NCBI GenBank assembly: GCA_001179505.1
Contig: CDMY01000098.1
Coordinates: 124,001-188,000, forward strand
Length of the DNA: 64,000 nucleotides
Direction: 5' to 3'
DNA from: Vitrella brassicaformis CCMP3155
Lineage: Eukaryota > Protista > Chromerida
How positions within the stretch are numbered: the first letter of the stretch is position 1; every line of letters begins with the position of its first letter. This document shows, one piece after another, positions 25,024 to 36,652 of this stretch. The notes under the pieces were generated by a model. It saw nothing but the letters and a program-made list of their open reading frames with translations, had not been told where the DNA came from and did not search any database. The translations under genes were made by a program, and so were the position numbers.

Positions 25024-28000
25024 TGTGCATGTGTGTGTGTAGCATGTGCGTCCCCCATATCGCGAGTTGGCGCCCGACTGCTCCTCCCTGGGAGCACCCC
25101 AAGAACCTTAGGCACACACACACACACACACAGACAGAGAGAGAGAGAGAGAGAGAATGAATGTGTCTGTGTCATGTTTGTTCAGGAATGCCCTTGCCGA
25201 GTTGCTGCTCAACGGCCGCCTGTGGAAGGGTCAGTGACATCAGTCAGCACATTGCCAACCATTCAGTGTGTCGTGTACGACATCGGCAGGAAGATGCCAT
25301 CTCCTGTGCAGTGATGCATTGTGTCTGCTGCTCATGTTCTTCTGCACACAGAGAAAGCATTGTGGAGGCCGGTACGCATGACGACGCCACACAATGACGG
25401 TCTGCGCACATGCTTGATGTATTCGTTCGTGTCTTGTCTTCGATTTAGAGCTGACTGCTGCGTCGTTGGACGAGCGCCGTGCTGTGCTGTCCGCGGGCAC
25501 ACGCACATCCCGCGAACTGCGAATCACCACACAACGAACATGCGGAGAGCAGACTTTTCTTTTTCTGTCGGTCACACATTGCTTTTTGCCGCACCTCTTC
25601 TTAAGATGTGTTGCAGATCGCTGCTTACATGTTTTATTCCGGAGACATTCTGTTGCGTCAGCTGCTTTCCTGCTTTCCACCCTCAGCCTTTGTGAGGTAA
25701 ACTGAAATAAATATACTTGTACCAATCAGGTGTCTCTATGTCGTCTCTGTTCCTCTCTTTCACTCTCTCTCTCTCTCTCTCACTTTCTCTCTCTCACTCA
25801 CTCACTCACTCACCTTCTCTCTCTGTGTGTGCAGTCGACTCGGAGGAGTCAGGGGCCTGAGCCTGATGGCCCCGCTGACGTGGGTGTGCTGGTGGAGGCG
25901 ATGCTGGAAAAGTTCAGACTAAAGAGGAGCATCTGGTGGTCCCACAGAAAAATGGTCAAGGGGGATTTTCAGGATGTGCAGGTTTGTGTTGATGACCCAC
26001 ATCGACATATTGCCGGCCGACTTGCCGCTGTCGCTGCTGGCGAAGCTGACCACCGACAAACGGCACCGACAAACGGTCCAAGATGGCCATCATAGGTAGA
26101 ACGACTGACTTAGTGAAAAGACTGCTGCCGACCCGCCAACGCAACACATTCATTTCCTTTGCTTCCTTTGCAGGGTTGGAAACCACACACAACGACAGCA
26201 AGGGAGCCGGCCCCTCGCACATCGCAAAAGACTCAGCCAGTACGTGCCTTCCCCAACGAGAGCAATGCGCCTTACGTCACCCTCCTGCCCTTTTCCATGT
26301 GTGTCTGTCTCTCCATCTGCAGAGTCAACTGACGCACGAACACGTGGTACATAGTGGGTCTGTTAACTGTGTGTGTCTGAAGCATGCATGCATCGTGCTC
26401 GGCGAATTAATGCATTGGCTGCACACACGGACGTGATGTGACGTGTCATGTGAATGTCTGTAGGTGGGTGGTACGCATTCGTTAACTGTCGTTCGTGGGC
26501 CATGAACGACGCAGTGGAGGAGGAAGAGCCTCAGCCGCAGCCGCAGGGACAGCCGCAGGGACATGATGGGGCTGGCGGGGGAGGACAGCAGCAGCAGCAG
26601 CAGCCGGGTGGTGTGGTGCAGAAGACTCATGGCCAGTATATGGAGTTGCACGAGTATATGGAGACGATGCTCGTGTTCTTCTACCAACACAAAGGTACTT
26701 ACTTACGTCCGCAAGCACACACGCACGTTCGTGCAGGGCCCTGCATGCCCGCATATATCCGCTGCCTGTCTGCATGTGCATTCATTCCATGCATCTCTCT
26801 CTCTGTATGGTATGTGTCTGTCTGTAGATGCCAACTGGCAGTACATTTTCCGCGACGTGGTCAAAAGGTCTGCCAGGGCTCCGCGCACCCCAAGCAGCGG
26901 CCCGTGGAGAAGCAGTACTCCCTCTGGCTGCTGCCCGGACAATTCAGAGTGACCATCCCGCTGGACAACGATCGCATCAGCCGGCTCAACGCCCACCGGT
27001 GGGCCAAGATGGCCGTGGTCTGCGAGAAGATACGGCTCATCGCGATCCGGTGGGACAAGTGGCTCCTCCTGAAGGCGCTCTCCAGCAGCGACAAAATCAT
27101 CACCGTCACCCACAAACACGTGGTAATGTACATACGCATACACACACATACGGTCAACTGATCGGGGTCAGTCAGTCAGATGTGTGTACCTGTCTGTCTG
27201 TCTGCCTGTCTCTCTGTCTCCCGATGTGCAGAGTCGTCACCTCCGTACGCCGCCTTGCGGCTGAACGAGGCCAAGGACGGCATCGTTCCTTGGGAGGCTG
27301 CCACCACCAGCAAACGAGGCGGCCCCAGCAGAGGCCGTGGCAGAAAGGGTGACGGTGACGAGGACATCTGCTCGAAGGCCAAGGCCATCAAACGATCGGG
27401 GCGGCGCGGGGAGATCATGAACGAGACGGAGGCGGCACACGAGCTGACGGCGGGAGGTCAAGGGCGCCACACGGCCGGAGATGTCGATGGGCTGGGGTGG
27501 GGTGGGGTGGGGCGAATGGGATGGTCAGTGGATGTTGTTGAGAAGCAAGAGCAGGGGACCGCACCCTACTCTGTCTGAGTCTCTGCTTTGCGGCTGCAGG
27601 TTTGTCCGCCAAGGCGGTGGCGACCTGATGGTGGTCCGCAGCACGGCCCCCGACCTTCCTCAAGTCAAGGAACTCCTCAACCACACCATCTACACACACG
27701 AGGCGTCTCCCCACGTGGTGCACATCGCCCCAGAGGCCCACGCCACCCACGACACACTGAGCGTCCTCCGGACCATCGCCGTCGCCATTTGGCCCCGCCA
27801 CGGGCGGCAGGGCCTTGGGCAAGGAGGCTGTGCTCAAGGAGGTCGACGACATGTTTGAGAGGCTCCAGGTGCCAGAGGGCGGGCCTATCGACGAGCGGGT
27901 CCTCGTGGACGCCCTCCTGGACAAGATGAAGCGCAGACGGGCCATACGGTACATGCGCAATGCACCCGATCGACCACACAAAGCAAAGGACCAGGGGAGA

Positions 28001-28106
28001 TACGATGAGCAATGCGCTGGTGCGTGTCTCGTGCAGGTTTATCGTGATAGAGGGGATGGAGAAGCTGCCGCTGCCCCTGCTGGCGCAGCTGGCCATACTG
28101 AGATAG
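23185..28106 (+). CDS. Large multi-exon hypothetical protein with possible degenerate AAA+-like C-terminal region; frame disruptions present
   Basis: GC3-rich exons (e.g. YMELHEYMETMLVFFYQHK, VEKQYSLWLLPGQF, KEAVLKEVDDMFERLQ) ending RFIVIEGMEKLPLPLLAQLAILR* (Walker-B-like hhhhEG). The start codon and 5' exon chain are uncertain, and one intron contains an N gap. Confidence 0.5.
24055..24354. other. Assembly gap (300 N) flanked by poly-C
   Basis: Run of N directly after a long C homopolymer. Confidence 0.98.
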
Positions 28107-28858
28107 AACGACTGTCTTAGTGAAACCGCTGCCTGCATTTTATATTTGCCAGTCAGTGTGTCATTGGCTGACAGACATTCCCGTGTCACTCACTGTCAGT
28201 GTCAGGGTCACCTGCCTGCCTGCCTGCAGGAGCGACCAATCGGTGGTTGTCTGCCTGCCCTGCCACTCTCTCACAACCTGGCCGACTCACTCATGTACTC
28301 TCTCCTTCACTCATTGCCTGCTGGGAGGGAGGGAGAGAGTTGTTTGCGGACACAAGTACATGCAGCACAAGAAAGAAATCAGTGGCAGCTGGGCAGCTCC
28401 CCACTTCCTCCCCCCTCCCCCCCTCCCCACAGACACACACGCAGGCGGCTACACAGCACATTCTAGGTGTATGTGTCTTTGTAATCGGTATGTAATCGGT
28501 GTGTAGTACTTGTCGCTGACAGTCTGGTGCCCCACTGGTCTGCTGTTGGTTGTTGCACCTACCACATGATGTGATGTGATGTGATGCGATGCCATTGATT
28601 CTCTGACACGAGGGAGAGGGCGGGCAAGGGGGCGGGCGGCGGGAGAGACAGCCTTTCATACACTTGACTGACTAAAGATTTGTACATTCACTACAACGTC
28701 TGCAGCAATGAAATGACGGTAGCCAACACAAATAACCAGTGACTTGAACAAACAACAACAAATAACTCAAGGCGGCCATTTGTAGTTCGAAATCGCATCC
28801 GCACGCGCACCCCAGCGCTCTCTCTCCACACACACACGACTGCCATCGACCACCATCG

Positions 28859-29520
28859 TCACCCTTCGTGTCGAGAACGTTGGCGAGACGCCTTCTCCCT
28901 GATGTAGTCGGAGTACTCCACTATGATGTCAGCTGACCGGTCTCGACTGCGGAGCCAGCGGTCGTAGCGGCGTTGTGCCTCTTCGGATACTGACGGATGG
29001 CATGTCACAGACAGACAGACAGACACATTCAGATGGTCACACACACGCTCGCTCATTGGTTGTGTGTGTGGGGTCGGGTTCTTACCGGGTTTCGGCATTC
29101 GCCGTCCCTCCAGACGCACGACGAATGGGTCCTTCCGGCTGAGTCCCCTGCACACACACACATACACACAGACAGACACATCACGGAGGGCGAGATGAAC
29201 ACAGACAGGCAGCATCCGAAAGGTGCGCGACCGGCGTGTCGGTGAGCGTGTCGGTGACCACGTAGCAGTACCTGTTTCCACAGACGTCCACGATGCGCTG
29301 TGTGTCTTTCGCGTCTTCACAGTTCATCAGTTCACCGCCAGAGCAGTAGACCAAAAGGAACCCCTTGACGTCGGAAATGGTGTCGAAGGCCACGAGCAAG
29401 AGCGGGTCCGTGGTTTTTGTCGTCGTACACGAACTGGAAGTACCGAAAGATTCCTTTCCAACTTGACTTTCCTTCCCAACTTGACAACAATTCGAGATAT
29501 CCGACGTCGTTGGCAGGGCT
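28859..29520 (-). other. Three spliced coding-like exons with no evident start codon, directly downstream of the tRNA-binding gene
   Basis: ..DPLLLVAFDTISDVKGFLLVYC..DVCGNR|GLSRKDPFVVRLEGRRMPKP|VSEEAQRRYDRWLRSRD..RHEG*, joined by in-phase GT-AG introns with typical repeats; GC3-rich codons. Confidence 0.5.
29451..29485. repeat. Imperfect 18-bp tandem duplication
   Basis: ttcctttccaacttgac / tttccttcccaacttgac. Confidence 0.8.
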
Positions 29521-29560
29521 GGGCCGATTGTCACGCCCACACACGCCACACTCAGCTCAG

Positions 29561-30243
29561 CTAGCTGATGGTGCCGCCCACAATGCTGTCACAGAAACAA
29601 GGCCCCGAGGGCGTCATGAAGCGATGATCCTGCACACACACACACACACATGGACTGTGCCCACACAGCTGTAGTGCACTGCATTGGTTGTGTCGCGTGC
29701 CTTGTAGAGAGCGATTTTGTCTGGTGAGGTGCGGAAGTCGGGCTGCACCTTGCTGAAGGGATTCTTCTTGTCATTCAACACCTGTAGCCACGACATCGAT
29801 CAGATCGACGGCATCCATGCCATGCGAGTGTGTGTGAGTGTGTCCAACCATGACCCACCTCGTCAGGCTCGCCTTCAAGGCCCTCCCACGAATGCGGCCC
29901 GATCTGATCAAACAAGGCACACACACACAGACACACAGGCAGGATGTGTGTGTGTGTGTGTGTGTGTCGGCCATCCTCTCTGACGCACCTTGGCCTCTGG
30001 CGGCGGCCGGATCAGCTCTGTGTTGCTCTTGTCGGCAGACGACGCACACAAGACCTGCACACACACACACACACACAAACATACATCCAAACAGGTGTCT
30101 GTCATCGGCAGACAGAGGGAGGAGCACCGCCGACAGACGCTCACCATGCCGTGTGACGGGAAGCCCTTGAGGTTCTTGGCCTTTAGATTGCACAGCACAA
30201 CCACCTGCACACACAGACACAGACACACACGCAGACACACAGA

Positions 30244-30278
<35 letters not shown>

Positions 30279-31638
30279 TGGTTGTGCTGTGTGCTGTGCT
30301 GTGCTGTGCTGTGTTTGCCTTTGCGTCTTGCATCTGTTGGATGGGCACGTAGGGCACCAGCCCCGATGCGATCTGACGCGGCTTCTCCTCGCCTATGTCA
30401 ATCTCCTCGCAGTAAAGCCTACACGCGTAGCGACACTCATGTGCACACGCGTGGCGTGGTGTGATTGCCTTCCTGTGTGTGTGTGTGTGGGTGTCTGTCT
30501 GTGCGCTGCGCTCACTTGTCTGCCTCCGGGTGCTGCCAGACTTTGGTGATCTTCCCAACGCGCACATCGAGTCGCGTCACGTCCTCAACCGGCCGCTCGG
30601 GAGCTGTCACGTCACGAGCACACCGTCACGTCACACGCAATCCAATCAAAACACACAGACACCGACCGATACAGCAGGCGCATAGCATCACGGACGCAGC
30701 ACAAGGTGGATGGGTGGACAGACAGTCGGATGTGCTACCTTTGTTGTCGGCCCTCTGTTTCTTCTTATCCTCTTTGGCGGCCTTCTTGGCCTTAACACAC
30801 ACACACACACACACACACACACGGCGTGACACACAGGAGAATGGACCAGATGAGATGCGCTCACTCACCTTGGCTTTGTCCTGGTCCGCCACGCCATTGA
30901 CCATCGCGTCTTTGCTCTTGTCCGCACCAGCAGCTGCATTAGCATTGGCCGATCCAGCAGCAGCAGGCACCTTCCTGACACACAAACGGACAGACAGCAC
31001 CTTCCTTCTTGTCCAGCACAAGGCTCACTTACGGGGTCGGTGTGGATGTCGACAGAGGTGAGGTGGCCGACTGCCTTGGATATGCCGGGCAGGTGCTGGA
31101 TGTGGTCGAACCACCGCGTCACATTGCAGTGCGCCAAGCGCTCCTCGGCACTTGCACCCACCTGAATGAACCACATCCATCCAACCTGCCGCAGAGATAG
31201 GCATGTGTGACTGTGTGTGTGTACCATACCATCCACTGGTGGACAGCGGGGTAGGTGGCGAGGTCTGCGAGTGTGACGTTGTCGGCCGCCATGAAGGGAT
31301 ACACCCCCTGCCAAAGGTGTAGACTCTGTATCCCGGCCATGATGTGTGTCCACTTCATGGAGAGAATCCTCCACGAAGTGTGTTCAAGTTTGCAACCGAC
31401 GTAAATGCACAGAGCCAAGTGTGTTGTTCCGCGTCTGCAAATGGCCATTCAGCGTCTGATACACACACCCACACCCACACACCCACACACACAAGAGAGA
31501 GAGAGAGGTGTTAGTACTGTCTGACGAGATACGTCTTTCTTTCGTGTGTTATGTTTATATCATCATGGCGGCTGCATCAGGGACGGCATAGTCCCGCTGG
31601 GCAAGGAAGGACAACCACTGGTCGATCTCTGCCTGCAT
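29561..31638 (-). CDS. Arc1p/AIMP1(p43)-like tRNA-binding aaRS cofactor (GST_C-like domain + EMAP II-like OB fold)
   Basis: AEIDQWLSF, TLADLATYPAVHQWM and NVTRWFDHIQHLP (GST_C-like); Lys/Ala linker; RLDVRVGKI..HPEADK|LYCEEIDIGEEKPRQIASGL..|VVVLCNLKAKNLKGFPSHGM|VLCAS..PPPEAK..GTIS* (EMAP II-like). The start codon and two 5' junctions are uncertain. Confidence 0.92.
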
Positions 31639-31817
31639 CCACCACACACACAGAGGGAGTGACTCACACAGACACACAGACGCCGATCGAGCGTGCGTTT
31701 ACGGAGTAGGGACGATAGGATTCGCGAGCGAAATGGGATTGGGAAAATTCGCTGGGACAGGCGCGTGACGGCGTTTTCGTGTTGCTTCCGACACGAGCGA
31801 GCCACCTTATCATCCTT

Positions 31818-33521
31818 ATGTCAGGCGTCAAGTGGTAGGCACGGCGCTAGCACGGCGCTGCCATATCCATCCACGTATGTATCCTTTCTGCGTGTGTGTG
31901 TGCGTGTGTGCGTGTGCGTGCGCCAAGGTCCTTGCCGTGGATCCAGTCTTTCGACAACTTCATCAATGACTGCGCAAAGCCCGTGATCGAATGCCTCGGG
32001 TTCGTGCTGCAAGTTCTGGATTGGCTCCGCGGACTCGTGCTGCAAGGCATCGGTTGGTTCCTCGTCACTTTCATCATCAATCCCTTCATCGGAGCCTTCT
32101 TTTTCGGGCTGAACATCGTGGGTACCGTGATGGTCGCCGTGACCACCTTGGTGAATGTGATCGTCCTGCTCGGCTGGATCTTCTGCATCGCGGCACTATT
32201 CATCGCCTACCTGATAGTGGGCTGTTGTGTAAGAGTCGCCTTCCGCAATTGCGTGCAAGACACCTTCACGGCGGCGGAGGTCATCTTGTTGCACTTCGCC
32301 GCCTTGACGGACCCCGTCCCTCTGCCGCCGCTGGGCTGGGTGGACCGCGTGCGACATCTCTTGGTGGGAGTCAGGAATGCAGTGTCAGACGGCGGCGGCA
32401 TAGACAGCTTGCTCGCGATGGCCCTGCAGCTGCTCAAGGACTATCCTCGGCATTGTATCGTGTGCGCATGGGAGGCCTTGTTGCCTGGCTTGCCGTTTCG
32501 CCCGTTTCGATGGATGCCACGTTGCCTCACGTGGTTGGCCTTCCGCGACAGTAGCTCACCAAACCCCCTCGACGGCGCGCCAGGGTACAAACACGCACAC
32601 AGGCAGGTTGGTTTCACGCGTGCATGTTTGTGTATGCAGCTTTGAGAAAGAAACGTGGATCTATGTGAACGGCATATGCTCGAACGGATGGATCGCTGAG
32701 CTCAACGGGAAGCGGCTGCAGGAGCTCTTCTGTAAACGTCCTATCACCGTCATCCACAACCCTACTGACAGTGTTTGGGTCGATGTGCTGGAGACCTTTG
32801 TGGGCAAGCTGAAGCTGTTTTCGTGGTGGCAGGTGGAGCCGGAAAAGACGCTTAGGAAAGCGGTGGAGGAGGCGCTGCTCAAATCGGGGGATGCGCTGCT
32901 CAAATCGGGGGATGCGCTGCTCGATACGGGGAAGATCAGGGTGGTGCTGATAGCGCATTCGCAAGGGACCATCATTGCCAACAATGTGGTACATCAGATC
33001 GCTGACAGTGTGGCCAACGCCAAGGCCAACGACGAGAAAATGAAGAAAATGAAGAAGGGCCTGAGCAAGTTGGAGGTGAGCAGTTAGAAGCAGCCGTACA
33101 TGACCGTCCAGAGCGTTATGTTGAGCCGGCCGGTGTCGTGTGCAGGTGTATCTGTTTGCGGATTGCGCTCATCACGTAGATGTGGATCTTTTGAAAAGCC
33201 TGAACGTCCACATGGAGAGCATCTGCAACGAGCGCGATCCAGGTCAGCCTGCCTTGTGTATGCACACACACAACCTTGACATGTCACTTGTGTTTGAATG
33301 CATGCTTACAGTACCGTATCTTGGGAGCACTGTACCCAGTGAAGGGACAATGGAGCGACGTAAATGGAAAAGTGGTCAATGACCGCCCGAAACACCCGAT
33401 TGTCCAACCTGACAAGCGAGGCCATTTCCTCAACACGCACTACCTCGACAACTTCCGTCGCGAGTACCGGGACTCACGGCTGCACAATTATGAGACACTA
33501 CCCACTCGTAATTGGGACTAA
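31818..33521 (+). CDS. Membrane-anchored alpha/beta-hydrolase (lipase-like, AHSQG nucleophile elbow)
   Basis: MSGVKW|SLPW.. followed by long hydrophobic segments; WIYVNGI, LFCKRPITVIHNPT, VVLIAHSQGTII, KLE|VYLFAD, ESICNERDP (candidate Asp), GHFLNTHYL (candidate His). The last exon needs a frame correction. Confidence 0.8.
32872..32922 (+). repeat. In-frame 21-bp coding tandem repeat (ALLKSGD x2 + ALL)
   Basis: gcgctgctcaaatcgggggat x2 identical, plus a partial third copy. Confidence 0.95.
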
Positions 33522-34290
33522 CTAGTCTCTCTTTTTCACGTTTATTTGGTGATTTAGTAAGGTGGTTGAGCCTGGCGCTCTCTTTTTCTACGTCTGTTCA
33601 GTGGGGTACATATCGCATGCATGACATGTATTGCCTCTCGATCCTCGTGTTCCTGCGCTGATTGAGCCGTCGCCAACCGATGTGGTAGGCTCCTATCTGC
33701 GCCAAGGCGTGCTGTCTTGTGCCGTTGTGATGGGCTGTGTATGTATGTTTCTGACTGCTGACTGATTAGTGCTTTATCAAGCCTGCAGGGGCTTTTGCGT
33801 GTTCACGACTGAGGGTAGTCTTCTGTGTGCGTGTGAGCTATGCATGATTGTATGGTAGTGGGGTGACGTCAGAAAGAAAAAGAGAGAGAGATCGACAGAG
33901 AGACTGGCGCCGCAAACAAAAGACGGTCATGCGAGACGAGCAGAGACACATGCAGAGATAGGCGACTGACGCGACACCCATCAAGGAAGACATCCATCGG
34001 ACAAATGTACGTGTGTTTTGATCACATCGAGTGTACGTGTGTCAGTTGAGGTTCCCCCTCGCCGGTTTGATGAGTGTTTTCAAATTCACTGCCGCGCTGC
34101 TGCGTATCTCATCAATGGCTTAAGTCACATTGAAGGGCAGTACACACATCTTTAAGAACAAACACCAAACAAACGAGTCACGTTCACGGCCACGCACTCA
34201 ATCACCCACCCCCCACAAAGCTCTCCCTATCTCATTCTCACCAAGTCCATCCATCCATCCACGCCCATACACACAAACACATCGGATCGT

Positions 34291-35444
34291 TCAGGCGGCC
34301 ACGAGCCCCAAAAAGGAGTGCTCGAGAGAGATAATGTCCGGCTGAATGTGCAGGTTCCTGTCGACGCGCGGCGAGTGGTGGATGGTGTGGGGGTGGGGGT
34401 GGGTGGGCGGCGACGGCAGCAGGTGCATCGGCGGCGGCAGCTCCATGACGGGCGGCATCAGCGGCGACATGGTGTCCGCACGGGGGAGGGACGTACCCAG
34501 CCAGCCCTTCTGATATATCACACACACACGCAGAGAGAGAGACAGAGGGGGGGAGATGCTGGTGTGGTGTGGTGTGTGGATGGCTGGTCGGCTGACCTCC
34601 GGCACCATGTCGGTCATGATGTCGGGAATGTCAGTCCACTCCCCGTCGTCATCGCCGTCGTCCTCACACACATACTCCACTTGAGGCCTCGGCCTCGCCA
34701 TTGCAGCCGCCGCACCACTTGTGCGGCTGCCCGCCCGACCTCTCTGCCTCTTGTTGCTGCTGGTGGTGTTAGTGGTACTGTTGCCCTTCTGCTGCTGCTG
34801 CTGCTGCTGCTGGCCCCGCTTGTTGCGCCGGGGGCATCTGGCGTCCCCCGCCTCTGCCACCTGCCGCAGCGCCGCGCCCCCAAACCACGCCAGCATCCCC
34901 AGCACGTGTGCCGACGCCACCGGGGTGCTCCCGCCGTTGTTGTCGGGCGACGCGCTGCCCCCCGCCCCGCCTCCCTGCTTGCCGTTCTCGCCTCCGTGTT
35001 TGCCGCCCGAGTGCTGGTGGTGGTGATCGCCGCCCTTGCCGCCCTGGCCGCCATGTGGGTGTGTCTTGGGGTTGATCTTGAGGATGTGTTTGAGGGGGTT
35101 GTGGATGGCGTAGGACGACTGAGAGTCGGGGGGCTGCGGGTGGAGGGGGTTGACCGTGACGAAGAGGAAGGTCCCGTAGCGCTGGCCGCAGTAGTTCTGC
35201 CCCGCACTGCTGCGCCACCGTTGGCTCGTCGCTATGCAGCTGATGTTGGGGCTGATGATCGACATGGACACGGAGAGAGAGAGAGGAACACACAGATGCA
35301 CGTGTGGTGTCTGTCAGGGGGGAAGGGGATTACCCGAATGCGTTGGGCGCGTTGCCGTCGTGGTAGACGTGGTTGGTGGTGCAGTGCAGGGGGATGCTTG
35401 ACGGCTTGGCGTTGGGTGGCTCCACCGCCACACAAGTACTGAAG

Positions 35445-35475
<31 letters not shown>

Positions 35476-36449
35476 ACACAGATACAAAGTCACAGCAGCT
35501 TGTGTGTGTGTGTGTGTGTGTTTCCATCCATCCATCAGATACGCACCCACCTTTTGCTGAGGAGTATGGGTATGGTCGGCGCGTCGGTGGAGTACTCAGA
35601 GGCGTCAGGGATGTGCTGGTGGTAATTCGCCAGCTGAGCCTGCACTCCACCCACACACCAACACACCCACACAGACAGACAGACATGAATCTCCGTGTGT
35701 GTGTGTGTGTGCGCGTGTGTGCGTGCCCACGTGTTCCTGGTCTGAGGTGAGTCTGAAGGGGTAGTGCTGGTAAGAGGATATGTCGAGCATGTTGTTGATG
35801 TTCCCGTGCTCGTCGCTCTGCGTCGCCTGGTCGGGCGCGTACTTCCACTGCTCGTCAACTGCGTCCACACATCGACACATCGATACCGCCACACACACAC
35901 ACAAGGTATGGATGGATGGGAGGGGCCACACTCTGACAATGACTGACCGATGAACTTGTAGTGGTGCACCCCTCTGGCCAGCTCCAGAATGACCGTGAAC
36001 TCATGGCCACTGCGCACCTGAGATATTCAACACACCAAACCGCCCCCTTCCCTCCGCACCCCCTCCGTGCACCACCACACCACCACACTCACCAGTTTGA
36101 TCTTCTGGTCGACGCTCCAGTTGTTGAAGCTCCCGGTGACGTACACATTGTGCCCGCCGTGGCTCCAGGTAATCACACACGGGATCGTCTCGTTGACGTC
36201 TATGACGCTCGCCGAGTCCTTCGGCGTCCGCGACGGCGTGGGCGGTGTGGGCTGCAGGAGGTCCAGCGGCGACATCGACAGGGGCGGCAGGCCCCCCGCG
36301 GCGCTGCCCTGCCCGTCTGGCGGGAGTCCATGCCCTGGCGCCCTGCTGTCGAGGATGGCGGGCTTGGAGGGGTCGATCAGCCCGGGGATTCCGCTCTGGT
36401 GCGCGTCGGAGAGGGCCTGGTGCCGAGACGTTGACGTCTGAGATCCCAT
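34291..36449 (-). CDS. AMPK/SnRK1 beta subunit with long C-terminal extension
   Basis: MGSQTS (myristoylation-type start); CBM48 CVITWSHGGHNVYVTGSFNNW..GVHHYKFI|VDEQWK..GNINNMLD; ASC-like DAPTIPILL..IPLHCTTNHVY..CIATSQRW..RYGTFLFVTVNP; all junctions in phase. Confidence 0.9.
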
Positions 36450-36652
36450 GGTGATGACAGACAAAGGGAGTCACGGGCGGTGTGTGTCGGGGTGAGTAAC
36501 GGCGAGACCGATTGTGAGAGGGAAAGGACAGCTCACGGATCTGGCTGTGAGCACATCGTTGCGCCTGCTCTGGTGCAACGGGGGCTGTACAGCCTTGGCG
36601 AGCTTGAGCTCGCAAAATTCTCAGGTTTGTAGCGTCCTGTTCGAGTGATACG

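Noticed and set aside
2500-33340. Euplotes-style programmed +1 frameshifting as a common explanation of the frame breaks
   Set aside because: No stop codon directly follows the shift codons, and the sites share no motif beyond short homopolymers; error or pseudogenisation is more parsimonious.
34318-35442. 374-aa plus-strand ORF (and 9642-10889, 58564-59430, 60114-60785)
   Set aside because: Antisense shadows of GC3-rich exons of real minus-strand genes, running through microsatellite introns.
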